Source: an uncultured cyanobacterium
GTDB taxonomy: Bacteria > Cyanobacteriota > Cyanobacteriia > Cyanobacteriales > Cyanobacteriaceae
NCBI GenBank assembly: GCA_963749915.1
Contig: CAVVOP010000008.1
Coordinates: 128,001 to 192,000 of the forward strand
Direction of reading: 5' to 3'
DNA length: 64,000 nt
Both the position numbers and the translations under genes were made by a program. Below are positions 18,890-31,417 of this stretch, one piece after another; position 1 is the stretch's first letter, and every line of letters starts with the position of its first letter. The notes beneath the pieces were generated by a model. That model saw nothing but the letters and a program-made list of their open reading frames with translations. It was not told the DNA's origin and ran no database searches.

Positions 18890-20078
18890 AGCTAAGACGC
18901 ATTTAACTTACATTTATTAATTCACCCTTATTCTTGATTTTTTTGCTCCAATTAATCACTAAACCTCCTTCATTTAATAATTGATTCACTGTTTTTGCTA
19001 ATTGTTCTTTATTTTCAAAATCTCGATGAGCTATAAATTCTTTAGCCGAATGCCATACTAATTCTATTAAGTTATAATCTGGACTATATACTGGTAAATA
19101 CTCTAATCTTATATTTGATAAATTTGTTTCTATTCTTTCTATTATTTCTTTCTTTTTATGGAAACTCGCATTATCTAAAATTATTATTATTTTTGGTCCT
19201 TTTTTTTCAAAATCTTTTTCATTATTTCCCTTACTTATCCATTCTTTTTTTACTTCTTCTTTTAACTTTTCTATTTTCTCATAAAATGTTTCTGAGTTCC
19301 CTTTCTCTATCATAAAGCACAGTCTTTTTTTATCTGAATATCTTAAGCCTCCCATGATATTTACTCTTCCTCTTCTTCTTTGTCCCTTGATTTTTTTTCT
19401 CTTTCCTTTTTTTGTCCATGTTTTTCTTCTTATTACCCTTAAACTAAAACCACACTCATCCCAAAACCATATCTGGAGTAATTCCTGATTTTCTTTACTT
19501 ATTTTTATATAATCTTCTAATTTTTCTTTAAATGCCTTTCTTTCTTCTTTATTTTGCTTATCTTCCAAACTATATTTTCCCCAAATATAACTATACTTTT
19601 TTCTTTTTAATATTCTCGCTATTTGTGATTTACTTAATTTAATTCCTGTTTCTTTTTCGAGATGTTCTGACAATCTTTTCCCTGTCCATCGCCCAAATTC
19701 ATATCCTAAATCTTCGGGGGTCTTGTCCACCACTTCTAACAATATTTCGATATATTTATCCGTTGCTTTTATCTGATTTCCTTTTCTTCTTTTATCTTGT
19801 AATGAATCTACATTATTAGGATTACCATGCACTGCCCAATACGCTACTGTTTTTGTGGAACAACCTAAAAAATCTGCTATTTGTTGATAATTTTTGCCAT
19901 CATTTTCTAATAAAAATATCAAAATCCTTTGCCTAACTTCTGATCTATTTTCCGTTTTTAAGGAATTTTGGAGATATTTTTTTTCTTCATCCGACAAAAA
20001 GTTTTTAATAGGCATGGATTTTCATCAATTTTAATATTTTCTGACTTAAATTATATCCTAGATTGATGCGTCTTAGCT
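18890..20078 (-). mobile_element. IS630-family IS, apparently intact
   Basis: Perfect inverted repeats AGCTAAGACGCAT / ATGCGTCTTAGCT flanked by TA; single transposase ORF. Confidence 0.93.
18903..20015 (-). CDS. IS630 transposase
   Basis: HTH; WFWDECGF, IILDNASFH, YSPDYNLIELVW (DDE). Confidence 0.95.
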   Translation of the reverse strand: MPIKNFLSDEEKKYLQNSLKTENRSEVRQRILIFLLENDGKNYQQIADFLGCSTKTVAYWAVHGNPNNVDSLQDKRRKGNQIKATDKYIEILLEVVDKTPEDLGYEFGRWTGKRLSEHLEKETGIKLSKSQIARILKRKKYSYIWGKYSLEDKQNKEERKAFKEKLEDYIKISKENQELLQIWFWDECGFSLRVIRRKTWTKKGKRKKIKGQRRRGRVNIMGGLRYSDKKRLCFMIEKGNSETFYEKIEKLKEEVKKEWISKGNNEKDFEKKGPKIIIILDNASFHKKKEIIERIETNLSNIRLEYLPVYSPDYNLIELVWHSAKEFIAHRDFENKEQLAKTVNQLLNEGGLVINWSKKIKNKGELINVS

Positions 20079-20080
20079 TA

Positions 20081-21344
20081 GCGCATCTTATAGTGGGGCT
20101 TTTGCTGAGTATGAGATTGAGTTTTTGCCAGGAAATACTGTCCGGATCGCAGACACGGTACCCAATCGCGATGGCAATGATACCCTTGAGGGAGTTGATA
20201 GGGGACAGTTTTCTGATAAGTCTATCAGCCTTGCTCCAGGTCAGGACATTTCCTTCGTAATTGACACAACCGGCAGTATGGGGGACGATATTGATGAAGT
20301 CAAGGCCAGTGCAACCGACATCATTGATGCGATCTTTGACGAAGATAACAGTATTCTAAATTCCCGGGTTTCAGTGGTTGGATACAATGACCCCGGAACG
20401 AACACGTTTCTTTCCTTTACCGATCAACCCAAAATAGAAGATCGAAAGGCTGCAGCACTCGCTGCAATTAACAGCATCTCAGTTGGTGGCGGTGGCGATT
20501 TCCCCGAGCTGGTCTACTCTGGACTCATCCGGTCATTGGATGGCAGTGCTGGGGAATGGCGTGAAGAAGCGATCGCTCGCCGGATTATTCTGTTCGGAGA
20601 CGCCCCTGCCAAAGATACTTCCCTTCTATCGCAGGTCTTTACACTTGCTGCTGATGTTGGGGTTTCCACGAGTGGCCTATTATCGATTCCGAGTAGCATT
20701 GAGACTCGCAGTCTGGCTACTGGCCTTGATATGGTGACTTTTGATTTAACAATAACCGATGAAGGCTTAGTTCGCACTCGAGTTCCAGTTGAAATCTTCG
20801 CGGTTCAGATTGGCTCCGATTCATCCACAGCTAAGGAGACGGAAGCTTCAAAGTTGAGTTAGATGCCAAAGGTGATGGCTTTAAACTCAAAGAGGAAATT
20901 GCAGGTCCAATTGATAAGATTTTCATCAACAGTCTGGGTGAGAAGGATCGAGTTGAAGTCAAGACCAAAGACACTCTGACTGGGGTAGGATCTGGAGCCG
21001 CCTTTGTTGGAGTTAGCGAGATGGACGAACTCAAAGGCAATGACGGTAGCGATATCTTTGCCCTGGGAGAAACTGGCCAGGTCTATTACGATGATGAAGA
21101 TCCCCTCACTCCCGGCTTGGATGATTATGCCCTGATTGCGGACTTTAAAGTTGAAGACGGGGATATGATTCGCCTCAGTGGCAGCAGTGAAGACTATGTT
21201 TTGGATACTTCCCCAACAAGCAATTTACCTGGGGGTATAGCCATTTTTCTCACTGCGGGTCAAAGTGACAACGAACTGATTGCGATCGTTGAGGGGAGTC
21301 AGAACTTGAATCTCAATGACTCGACCGTGTTTGAGTTTGTCTAG
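20081..21344 (+). pseudogene. 5'-truncated VWA-domain / Ca-binding surface protein
   Basis: DISFVIDTTGSMGDDI (MIDAS), GGGDFPELVYSGL, ILFGDAP; frame switch at ~20835; RTX-type tail DYALIADF...ELIAIV; no start before the IS630. Confidence 0.8.
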
Positions 21345-21368
21345 ATAGCTAACTTTTCACTGCATCTC

Positions 21369-21394
21369 TGAAACCCAGCAAAACAAGGGTTTCA
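21369..21394. terminator. Hairpin between convergent genes
   Basis: TGAAACCC-N10-GGGTTTCA. Confidence 0.4.
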
Positions 21395-21402
21395 CTTCAA
21401 GC

Positions 21403-23061
<1,659 letters not shown>

Positions 23062-23107
23062 TTATCACTGACAATTATCGAAAGTAAGGACTTGATGGTA
23101 TTTTATA

Positions 23108-23421
23108 CTGAGATCTTGCACCTTTGCTAAAAGCTCTAAAAATTTAGGTTTTAGGTTTTAGGTTTTAGGTTAAGAAAAAAGAAGTAAATTCGAGTTATTG
23201 TGGGAAAAGTCCCCTTAATTCTTGTCTCAACTTTTAAAAATAGCTAAAAAATGCCAAAACGAACGGTGCTTCCCACACTTCCCACACTTCCCACACTTCC
23301 CACACTTCCTGCACTCCCCACACTTCTCATTTGATCAAGTTTTTCAGCTTAACCGAGTAGTATTGACACCTAACCCCTAACACCTTTTATTAAGTATTTA
23401 TGTACTAGTGTAAGATCTGAG
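23108..23421. mobile_element. 314-bp MITE with internal short tandem repeats
   Basis: Inverted repeats CTGAGATCTTGCAC / GTGTAAGATCTGAG; 5-bp duplication TTATA (23103-23107, 23422-23426); internal (TTTAGGT)n and (CTTCCCACA)n. Confidence 0.85.
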
Positions 23422-23552
23422 TTATACGCAACTTGTTTTAACGGTTTTAAGTTATCACCGAAAAGTTTATTTCTCGTTTTTTTACCTCACGAATTTCTAG
23501 TATGATTTTTAATCACGGGTTGTCAATTTATAGTTAATCTTATAGAAAAATC

Positions 23553-26504
23553 ATGAAAGTATTAATCGCCGATTTCGACTTATTTTTTAAAATAGGCGGG
23601 GGGCAAACTTTTTACCGTCAAATCATCGAAAAAAACTCCGCTATCGACTTTTATTATCTCATTGAACAGGAAAACATCAACAATCCACGCCCGAAAAATT
23701 CCCATGGTATCCCTTACAAGCCCATTTATCAAATCCATGATCTCAATAATTATATTAATGTAAACCCTCCCCGTTGGGCATATCGTTCTTTTACCTTAGC
23801 TAGTAATATTGCTAATTCCGTTGCTGGTTACTGCTTTGACGTGATTGATGCCCCAGACTATGAACAATATACTCTCTTTTTGCGTCCTGCCCTCGAATAT
23901 CATGGAGTGAAATGTGATAAAGTTGCCCTATCAATGCATGGTAAAATATCCACAACTTTACAACTAGATTGGTTTGGTTCAACAGAAGTTAACATTCCTT
24001 TAGATTTAGAAGAAAAAATGCAATTTAGAACTGCTGATATTCGCTACGGAATCAGTAAAAGTTATATTAAAGAATGGCAAAATTTGGTAAATTTAGAAGT
24101 TCAATATTTTAACCCTTTACATTTTATTGATTTACCCCAAGTTAAACCATTAAAAAACAATCAAGATAAACCAAATTTATATTTTATTGGTAGAACAGAA
24201 AAAAGAAAAGGTGCCGATATTTTTATTGATTTAGTTTGGTGGTTATCTCCCAATAATTTTCATCAAGCAACTATCATTGGACCTCATAGTTATAGTGAAT
24301 TTGGTGATTGTTCACAATTTATACTACAGTCAATGATTGATAAGCGATTAATTAATATCACGATTCAACCGTCAAAATCACGTGCAGAATTATATAAAAT
24401 TTTTACTCAACCGGCTATTACTTTTCTTCCTTCTCGTTATGATACTCTTAATTTATTAGCTCTTGAATCTTTATTTTCTGGTTGTCCTACAGCCATTGGT
24501 AGTGGTGCAGGAGTCTGTCAATTTTTAGAGGAGAATTTTCCTCAATTACCTTGGATTAAAATTGATATAAATCATACCTATGATTGTATTCCTAAATTAA
24601 CAGAAGTTTTAGAAAATTATCATAATTACCGAGGACGACTTAATGATAGTTTATTAACAATTAATACTGCTACCAATGATCCCGATTTAAGCAGTATTTA
24701 TCAACAAGAAAAAAACTATGATCAAGATACATCTGCAGAATTAAAAGAATGGTATTCACAGTTAATTAACTATTGGCGATCGAGATCTGAAAATAACAAT
24801 TATCTTAAAAGTATTCCCAATAAAATTATTAATAAAGCGATAAAACCACTCATTAAGAAAGCTAAAGGTAAATTAGTTAGATATGCAGAAGATACTCGCT
24901 CATCTCAACTGATAAAATCCCCTTTTATCGCCTCTCAATATCACAAAGTATTTACCCTCAGTGAACAAACAGAATTAGAAATAGAAAAAAAATTGCAACA
25001 GGTGTGGAATTTAGCAGAAACATTTGAGCCAGAAGCGAAAGGTATCAAGGGTAAAATACAAAGTGCTTTTCGTCTTGATAGAGTGAGGGTTTGGCGAGAA
25101 ATTGCCCGTTTAGAAAGAATGCGAAATAATGATTCCGTCGCCGCAACTTACCAATTAAGAAGCATGAGGGCCTTAGGTTACGATCGCTTTAATGAGTTGC
25201 CTTTTGTTATTAAAACCTTAGAAGAAAAGGGTTTTAAACCGGAAGCAAAGGTTGCTGAGGCGATGTTTAAAGACATCAATCAACAAACACAAAAAACGTT
25301 AAATATTCTCCATGAGACTTATCAAAACAACCTTAAATATCAACCCCAAGAATATAAATTTATAGACGAAGGAAGAGGAAAGGAAAATTATCAAGTATCG
25401 GTAATAGTTTCCTTATATAATGCTGCCTCTAAATTACCTTTATTTTTGAGAGTTTTAGCTGAACAAACTTTGGTCAAAATAGGACAAGTAGAAATAATAT
25501 TAGTTGATAGCGGTTCACCTGATCAAGAATATCAAGTATTTAAACAATTACAATCAGAATTGAATTTACCCATTGTCTATTTACGCTCTCAAAATCGAGA
25601 AACGATCCAAAATGCGTGGAATCGGGGAATTTTACTTTCTCGATCGCCTTATATCACTTTTTTAGGAGTCGACGAGACGATTTTGCCTGAATGTTTAGAA
25701 GTCCTCGCCGATGAATTAGACCAAAATCCGGACATTGACTGGGTGATAAGTCATAGTTTAGTGACCGATGTAGATTTACAAGGCAATCATGTTAATGATA
25801 TTATGCTTTATAATCGCAGTAATTATCACCAGAATTTGGTATATCTCGATACCTGCTACCTTTCCTTAGTGGGCGGATTATATCGCCGTAACATTCATCA
25901 ACGCTTTGGTTATTATGACTCTAGCTATCGTGGTGCCGGGGATACAGAATTTAAAAATCGAGTTTTACCCCACATCAAAACCAAAATGCTCAATCGAGTT
26001 TTAGGGCTATTTTGGAATTACCCCGATGCACGGACAACTCAAAGTCCGATGGCGGAAGTTGAAGATATTCGGGCTTGGTATCTTCATCGCACTGTGGGGG
26101 GGATTAAATATGCTTTTGGCAACAAAAATGCTGAAGAAATTGAACAATTTTTATATCATACCCTTGCTTATCGCAAATCCTATTGTCAGCATATTAGCAG
26201 TGATTTAGAATATGCCTATAATTTAAGTCAATTGTTAGCGCAAATAAAACCCTCATCGCCATTATTGCAGTTGAAGCCTACCATTGATCAATTATTTATA
26301 GCTTATCGTCAATTAGATTGGGTTGATGATTTGACTACTTTTTCCCCCAGTAAAATGTTGTGGAATACTCGTAAATTAGCCGAAAAAATTGAGGCTTTAC
26401 ACCGTCAAATTGCCCTTAATTTAGGTAATGATAATTTTAATCCTGATTATGATATTTTCCATGATAACCGTCACGAACAACACGCAAATTTATGGAAAAC
26501 CTAA
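23553..26504 (+). CDS. Bifunctional glycosyltransferase (GT4-like + GT2)
   Basis: FIGRTEKRKGADIF and PSRYDTLNLLALESLFSG (GT-B); VSVIVSLYN, LVDSGS and FLGVDE (GT-A). Confidence 0.85.
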   Translation: MKVLIADFDLFFKIGGGQTFYRQIIEKNSAIDFYYLIEQENINNPRPKNSHGIPYKPIYQIHDLNNYINVNPPRWAYRSFTLASNIANSVAGYCFDVIDAPDYEQYTLFLRPALEYHGVKCDKVALSMHGKISTTLQLDWFGSTEVNIPLDLEEKMQFRTADIRYGISKSYIKEWQNLVNLEVQYFNPLHFIDLPQVKPLKNNQDKPNLYFIGRTEKRKGADIFIDLVWWLSPNNFHQATIIGPHSYSEFGDCSQFILQSMIDKRLINITIQPSKSRAELYKIFTQPAITFLPSRYDTLNLLALESLFSGCPTAIGSGAGVCQFLEENFPQLPWIKIDINHTYDCIPKLTEVLENYHNYRGRLNDSLLTINTATNDPDLSSIYQQEKNYDQDTSAELKEWYSQLINYWRSRSENNNYLKSIPNKIINKAIKPLIKKAKGKLVRYAEDTRSSQLIKSPFIASQYHKVFTLSEQTELEIEKKLQQVWNLAETFEPEAKGIKGKIQSAFRLDRVRVWREIARLERMRNNDSVAATYQLRSMRALGYDRFNELPFVIKTLEEKGFKPEAKVAEAMFKDINQQTQKTLNILHETYQNNLKYQPQEYKFIDEGRGKENYQVSVIVSLYNAASKLPLFLRVLAEQTLVKIGQVEIILVDSGSPDQEYQVFKQLQSELNLPIVYLRSQNRETIQNAWNRGILLSRSPYITFLGVDETILPECLEVLADELDQNPDIDWVISHSLVTDVDLQGNHVNDIMLYNRSNYHQNLVYLDTCYLSLVGGLYRRNIHQRFGYYDSSYRGAGDTEFKNRVLPHIKTKMLNRVLGLFWNYPDARTTQSPMAEVEDIRAWYLHRTVGGIKYAFGNKNAEEIEQFLYHTLAYRKSYCQHISSDLEYAYNLSQLLAQIKPSSPLLQLKPTIDQLFIAYRQLDWVDDLTTFSPSKMLWNTRKLAEKIEALHRQIALNLGNDNFNPDYDIFHDNRHEQHANLWKT

Positions 26505-26538
26505 GCAATTGACTCAAACCTCCTGCCTCCTGCCTTCT

Positions 26539-26943
26539 TTAAGATTCCTGGATTATCATGTTAATATGAGGTAAAGTAAGGTTATTTTCTAGTTGATTAT
26601 TAATTAATTTTTGGTAAAATTCTGCAACAGAATCGGGATTAATTTGTTGCAAAGTAGTTAATAATTTATAACTGTTTTCTATTAAATTACTAACATCAAT
26701 CTCAAAATAATCAGGCTCATATTCTCTTAATTTTCTCGTACCTTCTCCTAATAAAATAACTGCCCCTCGCCAATTATTATTACTTAGGTGATAACAACCT
26801 ACTGCTATTTGTAAAATTCCCTGATAAAATGTTTTGCTAGGTTCAACAGAATCCATCCAGATTTCTTCAAGGGTATCATGGCAAGCATAAAATTCTTGTT
26901 GGTTAAATTCCTCTATTCCTTTGTGGAAAAATTCATTAGTCAT
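26539..26943 (-). CDS. DUF309 protein
   Basis: GIEEFNQQEFYACHDTLEEIW...YQGILQIAV. Confidence 0.9.
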   Translation of the reverse strand: MTNEFFHKGIEEFNQQEFYACHDTLEEIWMDSVEPSKTFYQGILQIAVGCYHLSNNNWRGAVILLGEGTRKLREYEPDYFEIDVSNLIENSYKLLTTLQQINPDSVAEFYQKLINNQLENNLTLPHINMIIQES

Positions 26944-27047
26944 GGTAAGTAAAATGAGTTCGGGGAATAATAAACAATGTTAGCTAGCTATTATCTTACT
27001 TCCTCTATCTATTTGTCCATCTTGTCCTCTAACTTATTTCCCTGAAA

Positions 27048-29669
27048 ATGATTAATCAATGGCAAAATTGGTTTAAATCTCAACATTTTGGACGAGGATC
27101 AACTTCCATCCGTTATGCTTTAATGGAAGCGTGTTTAATCGGTATTTTTTCGGCCTTAGCGGCACTTTTACTCAAGGAAGGTATTAATTTATTAGGAGGT
27201 TATCGTTTACAATTAGCCGATCGTTGGGGTGCGATCGCTGTTCTACCGTTATTTGGCCTAGTTTTAGGCTCAATGGCCGGTTTTTTAGTGGAAAATCTTT
27301 CCCCCAGTGCCGCAGGAGGAGGTATCCCCCAAGTAAAGGCCGCTTTAGCAAGATATAAAATACCTCTGTCTTTTCGAGTTGCGGTAGTCAAAATTATCGG
27401 CACAATTCTCGTTTTAGGTGCTGGTTTAACTTTAGGTCGTCGTGCCCCCACTGTCCATATCGGTGCCGCATTAGCAGGAGAATTAACCCGTTTTGTACCT
27501 ACGTCTCCCGAACATCGTCGGCAAATGATAGCCGCAGGTGCTGCCGCGGGATTAGCGGCAGGGTTTAATACTCCCATGGCTGGAGTTATGTTTGTTGTGG
27601 AAGAATTGATGCGAGATATTTCCAATTTAACCCTCGAAATAGCGATCGTAGCATCATTTACCGGGGCAGTAGTGTCATTAATATTACAATCTCCTAATCT
27701 ACAGTTACCTGACAGTATCATTTCCCTAGAGAATCTTTATTTTTCTCCTCAAGATATTCCTTTTTATCTACTTTTAGGCATCCTCGCCGGAATTTTAGGG
27801 GCAATTTTTAACCGTAGTTTCTTGTTTAGTATGCAATGGAATGAAAAACTCAAAATACCACTATATATAAGAATTGGAGTGGCAGGGTTAATTTCAGGAT
27901 TAGTAATCGCATTTCTACCGCCTTTTTTTCGAGATAACAGCGGTTTAAGAAATTTTGTAATTCGGGGTGAACTAACTTGGCAACAAACTGCCTTAGCATT
28001 TTTGGCCCATTATCTTTTAACTATTTTAGCCGCAGGATCCGGTGCACCGGGAGGATTATTCGCCCCTGCTTTAATTATGGGTTCGGCCTTGGGTTATTTG
28101 GTGGGGGACTTAGAAGGCTACATTTCAGGTACACAAAGCGTTTCCACCTTTGCATTAGCAGGCATGGGTGCCTTATTTACGGGAGTTATGCGAGTTCCCA
28201 TTACTGCAATCATGATTGTATTTGAGTTGAGTGCGAATTTTAACCTAGTATTACCTTTGATGATTACTTGTTCGGTGGCTTATATCAGTGCTGAAACCTT
28301 TGAAAATGGTTCTATATATCAACATCTTTTACGCAGTATGGGTGTGGAATTAGAAGAGGATAAAAATAATGCCCAAGATCATTTCCTAACTTATTTAACC
28401 GCCGCCGATGTGATGCAATCCCAAGTGGAAACTATCCCCCCAGATTTATCTATATCGGAATTATTAGAATTTATGACTAATTCCCATCATCGAGGTTTTC
28501 CCGTGGTCAAAGATGGGAGTTTGGTAGGCATTATTACTCAATCAGATTTGGTGAAGGCTGATACCTTTAACCACGAGGTTTCAGTGGATGAGATTATGGC
28601 GAGAAACCCTATTACCGTTAAAGCCAATGCTTCTTTAAGTGATGTTTTATACCTCCTTAACCGTTATCAATTATCTCGTTTACCAGTCTTACAAGATAGT
28701 CGTTTAGTTGGTATTATTACCCGCACTGATATTATTCGAGTAGAAGTAAATGAGTTGAAAGCGGATGTTTCTAATAAATCGCAACCTGCTTATACCATTT
28801 ATGAAACATTATCCCCAGCTATCGGCAAAGGGTGCATTTTAGTACCTATTGCTGAAGATGACGATTTTAGAGGTTTATTTAAAATTGCCGCAGCGATCGC
28901 TCGTTATTATCAATATGAAATTGAATTTGTACAGGTGATCAAAATACCGAAACATCAAGATCCCAGTACAGTGAATGTAGATAAAAGAACTTCTCGTCAC
29001 CTCATGCAAAATTTAGAAAGAATGGGGCGTAAAAACAAAATATCAGTACATACTAAAATAGTAGTAGGACACTATCGTAGTCAAATTATCCTTGATATTA
29101 TTAAAGCTCGACATATTAACTTATTGTTGATGGGATGGAAACAAAATGCTTATGGAGAGGATTTTATTTTTTCTCAACTAATTGATAGTTTAATTAATAA
29201 AGCACCCTGTGAGTTAATTTTAATTAAACTGGGAAAAAATCAGCAATTCTACCCTTATAACATACATCCCTCTGGTAGTTGTTTAATACCTACCGCGGGA
29301 GGTCCCAATGCAGAGGAAGGATTGAAATTATTACCGGCTTTTCTTGGTGTTTATAATAAGGGTGAATTACCCTCAGTGTTCTTAACAAAAGTCTATTCCC
29401 CAGAAACAAAAAACTTGAACAGTGATCAACTTTATTCAACTACTAAAAAGTTACAGAATTTACTAGATACTGAAGTCAAATACCTGACGGTCTGTTCAAC
29501 TTCTGTAGTGTCTGCCGTCATTCAATTAGCAGAAATACAAAAGTCAGAATTAGTTATTTTAGGTGCATCCCGTGATAGTTTATTGAAACAAGCATGGTAT
29601 GGTAATATACCAGAAGCGATCAGATCAAAACTAGATACAACGGTAATTATTATTCGTCTTCCTTCTTAG
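27048..29669 (+). CDS. ClC-family chloride channel with CBS pair and USP domains
   Basis: GGGIPQVK, GLAAGFNTP, GGLFAP, CBS (HHRGFPVV, LSRLPV), USP-like C-terminus. Confidence 0.92.
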   Translation: MINQWQNWFKSQHFGRGSTSIRYALMEACLIGIFSALAALLLKEGINLLGGYRLQLADRWGAIAVLPLFGLVLGSMAGFLVENLSPSAAGGGIPQVKAALARYKIPLSFRVAVVKIIGTILVLGAGLTLGRRAPTVHIGAALAGELTRFVPTSPEHRRQMIAAGAAAGLAAGFNTPMAGVMFVVEELMRDISNLTLEIAIVASFTGAVVSLILQSPNLQLPDSIISLENLYFSPQDIPFYLLLGILAGILGAIFNRSFLFSMQWNEKLKIPLYIRIGVAGLISGLVIAFLPPFFRDNSGLRNFVIRGELTWQQTALAFLAHYLLTILAAGSGAPGGLFAPALIMGSALGYLVGDLEGYISGTQSVSTFALAGMGALFTGVMRVPITAIMIVFELSANFNLVLPLMITCSVAYISAETFENGSIYQHLLRSMGVELEEDKNNAQDHFLTYLTAADVMQSQVETIPPDLSISELLEFMTNSHHRGFPVVKDGSLVGIITQSDLVKADTFNHEVSVDEIMARNPITVKANASLSDVLYLLNRYQLSRLPVLQDSRLVGIITRTDIIRVEVNELKADVSNKSQPAYTIYETLSPAIGKGCILVPIAEDDDFRGLFKIAAAIARYYQYEIEFVQVIKIPKHQDPSTVNVDKRTSRHLMQNLERMGRKNKISVHTKIVVGHYRSQIILDIIKARHINLLLMGWKQNAYGEDFIFSQLIDSLINKAPCELILIKLGKNQQFYPYNIHPSGSCLIPTAGGPNAEEGLKLLPAFLGVYNKGELPSVFLTKVYSPETKNLNSDQLYSTTKKLQNLLDTEVKYLTVCSTSVVSAVIQLAEIQKSELVILGASRDSLLKQAWYGNIPEAIRSKLDTTVIIIRLPS

Positions 29670-29813
29670 TTGATCGTTAAGCGCAAGGTCAAAAATAGGA
29701 AATTTATTCGCGAACCCAATTTACAAATAAGAGTTGATTGTCACTAAATGAGCGATCGCAGATTGGACGCTGAATCCCACACCAAGACTTTTCAAACAGT
29801 GTCTAAGGCCTGT

Positions 29814-30782
29814 TTAAGACATTTCTAGCATTTTTTGAATAGGTTTTAAGGCTTGAACTCGAATTGACTCTGGAATATTAATTTCCGGGGTACGGTTTTT
29901 CAACGCCAAATAAACTTTTTCCAGGGTATTTAATCTCATGTATGGACATTCGTTACAAGCACAGTTACCCTCAGGAGGGGCAGGAATAAATAATTTTTCA
30001 GGTGCTTTTTTTTCCATCTGATGAATTATACCTGGCTCGGTGGCGATAATAAACTCAGGGGAGGCACTTTCTAAGACGTATTTTAATAAAGCAGTAGTTG
30101 AACCGATATAGTCTGCATGGCGTAGAATAGGAGTTTCACATTCAGGATGGGCTAAAATTTCTGCATCTGGATGTTGTACTTTTAACTGGACAATTTTTTT
30201 CTCAGAAAAGGTTTCATGAACAATACAACTACCATCCCACAATACCATCTCTTTCCCCGTTTTCTCTATTACATAACGCCCCAAATTCCGATCGGGTGCG
30301 AAGATAATCGGCTGATTTTCGGGGATTTGCCGGACGATTTTAACGGCATTCGAGCTAGTGCAAATAATATCACTCAGAGCTTTTATTTCCGCACTACAGT
30401 TAATATAAGAGATGACGATATGATCGGGGTATTGAGCCTTAAAATCGGCAAATTTATCCGCCGGACAACTATCGGCTAAAGAACATCCAGCATTCAAATC
30501 TGGCAATAAAACCAACTTATTGGGGTTAAGGATTTTCGCTGTTTCTGCCATAAAATGAACTCCTGCAAACAAGATTACATCCGCAGTAGTAGAGGCGGCT
30601 TCTTGAGAAAGTCCTAGAGAATCACCGATATAATCTGCTATATCTTGAATATCTGCTTCTTGGTAATAATGGGCTAAAATCACCGCATTATGTTCTTTTT
30701 TTAGCTCGGCGATCGCACTAAATAAATTATGAGGAATATCACTTAACGGGGATTGATTGGGGGGAATAGTGGCAGTAAACAC
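29814..30782 (-). CDS. nadA: Quinolinate synthase A
   Basis: [35 protein letters not shown]. Confidence 0.98.
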   Translation of the reverse strand: MFTATIPPNQSPLSDIPHNLFSAIAELKKEHNAVILAHYYQEADIQDIADYIGDSLGLSQEAASTTADVILFAGVHFMAETAKILNPNKLVLLPDLNAGCSLADSCPADKFADFKAQYPDHIVISYINCSAEIKALSDIICTSSNAVKIVRQIPENQPIIFAPDRNLGRYVIEKTGKEMVLWDGSCIVHETFSEKKIVQLKVQHPDAEILAHPECETPILRHADYIGSTTALLKYVLESASPEFIIATEPGIIHQMEKKAPEKLFIPAPPEGNCACNECPYMRLNTLEKVYLALKNRTPEINIPESIRVQALKPIQKMLEMS

Positions 30783-30832
30783 AATTAACAGTTATCCTTA
30801 AATAGTAATTTACAATTCCTATGTTAACCTAG

Positions 30833-30853
30833 TTATAGTATTTTTTACCATAA
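30833..30853. promoter_or_regulatory. NrtR-type operator upstream of nadA
   Basis: Palindrome TTATAGT-ATTTTTT-ACCATAA (GT-N7-AC core) about 50 bp upstream of nadA. Confidence 0.7.
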
Positions 30854-30916
30854 ATAATTATGCTGCCCAATCTGGCCAATTGATTAGGCGAAGGCCATTC
30901 ACCCCCGGGTTATGAA

Positions 30917-31294
30917 TTAATCTTCATCGGGGAAACGAATAATATCATCATCCCCTAAATATTCCCCATTTTGAATTTCGATCATGACTAACGGTACAAC
31001 TCCGGGATTTTCCACCCGGTGACGGGTATTCATAGGCACATAAGTTGATTGCTTCGGTAATAATAATTTTCCTTCGCCATTAAAAACTACTTTTGCTGTA
31101 CCTGCTACCACAACCCAATGTTCACTGCGGTGATAGTGCATTTGAGCACTAATATGATGACCTGGTTTAACAGTGATCCTATTAATGCGGTAGTTATTAC
31201 CATTTTCCAATAGTGTAACAGTACCCCAAGGAGGAGTTCTTCTATATTCACTGTCTATTGATTCTTGATGTTCTAAATTAAGATTATCAGTCAT
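30917..31294 (-). CDS. Cupin, type II mannose-6-phosphate isomerase C-terminal domain
   Basis: PWG, QMHYHRSEHWVVVAGTA, IEIQNGEYLGDDDIIRF. Confidence 0.9.
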   Translation of the reverse strand: MTDNLNLEHQESIDSEYRRTPPWGTVTLLENGNNYRINRITVKPGHHISAQMHYHRSEHWVVVAGTAKVVFNGEGKLLLPKQSTYVPMNTRHRVENPGVVPLVMIEIQNGEYLGDDDIIRFPDED

Positions 31295-31417
31295 AAATTG
31301 CCTTAACCAAATTAAGCTATTTTATTTATAACTCAAATCTTACATCAAGTCTAAAATATTGGCTGGTTGAGTTAGGGAACAGTGAACACAGAACAATGAA
31401 AGTTCGACAAAGCCCAA

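Noticed and set aside
29670..29810. Possible MITE remnant (…TTTTCAAACAGTGTCTAA)
   Set aside because: Only one IS-like end; no matching inverted repeat or duplication found.
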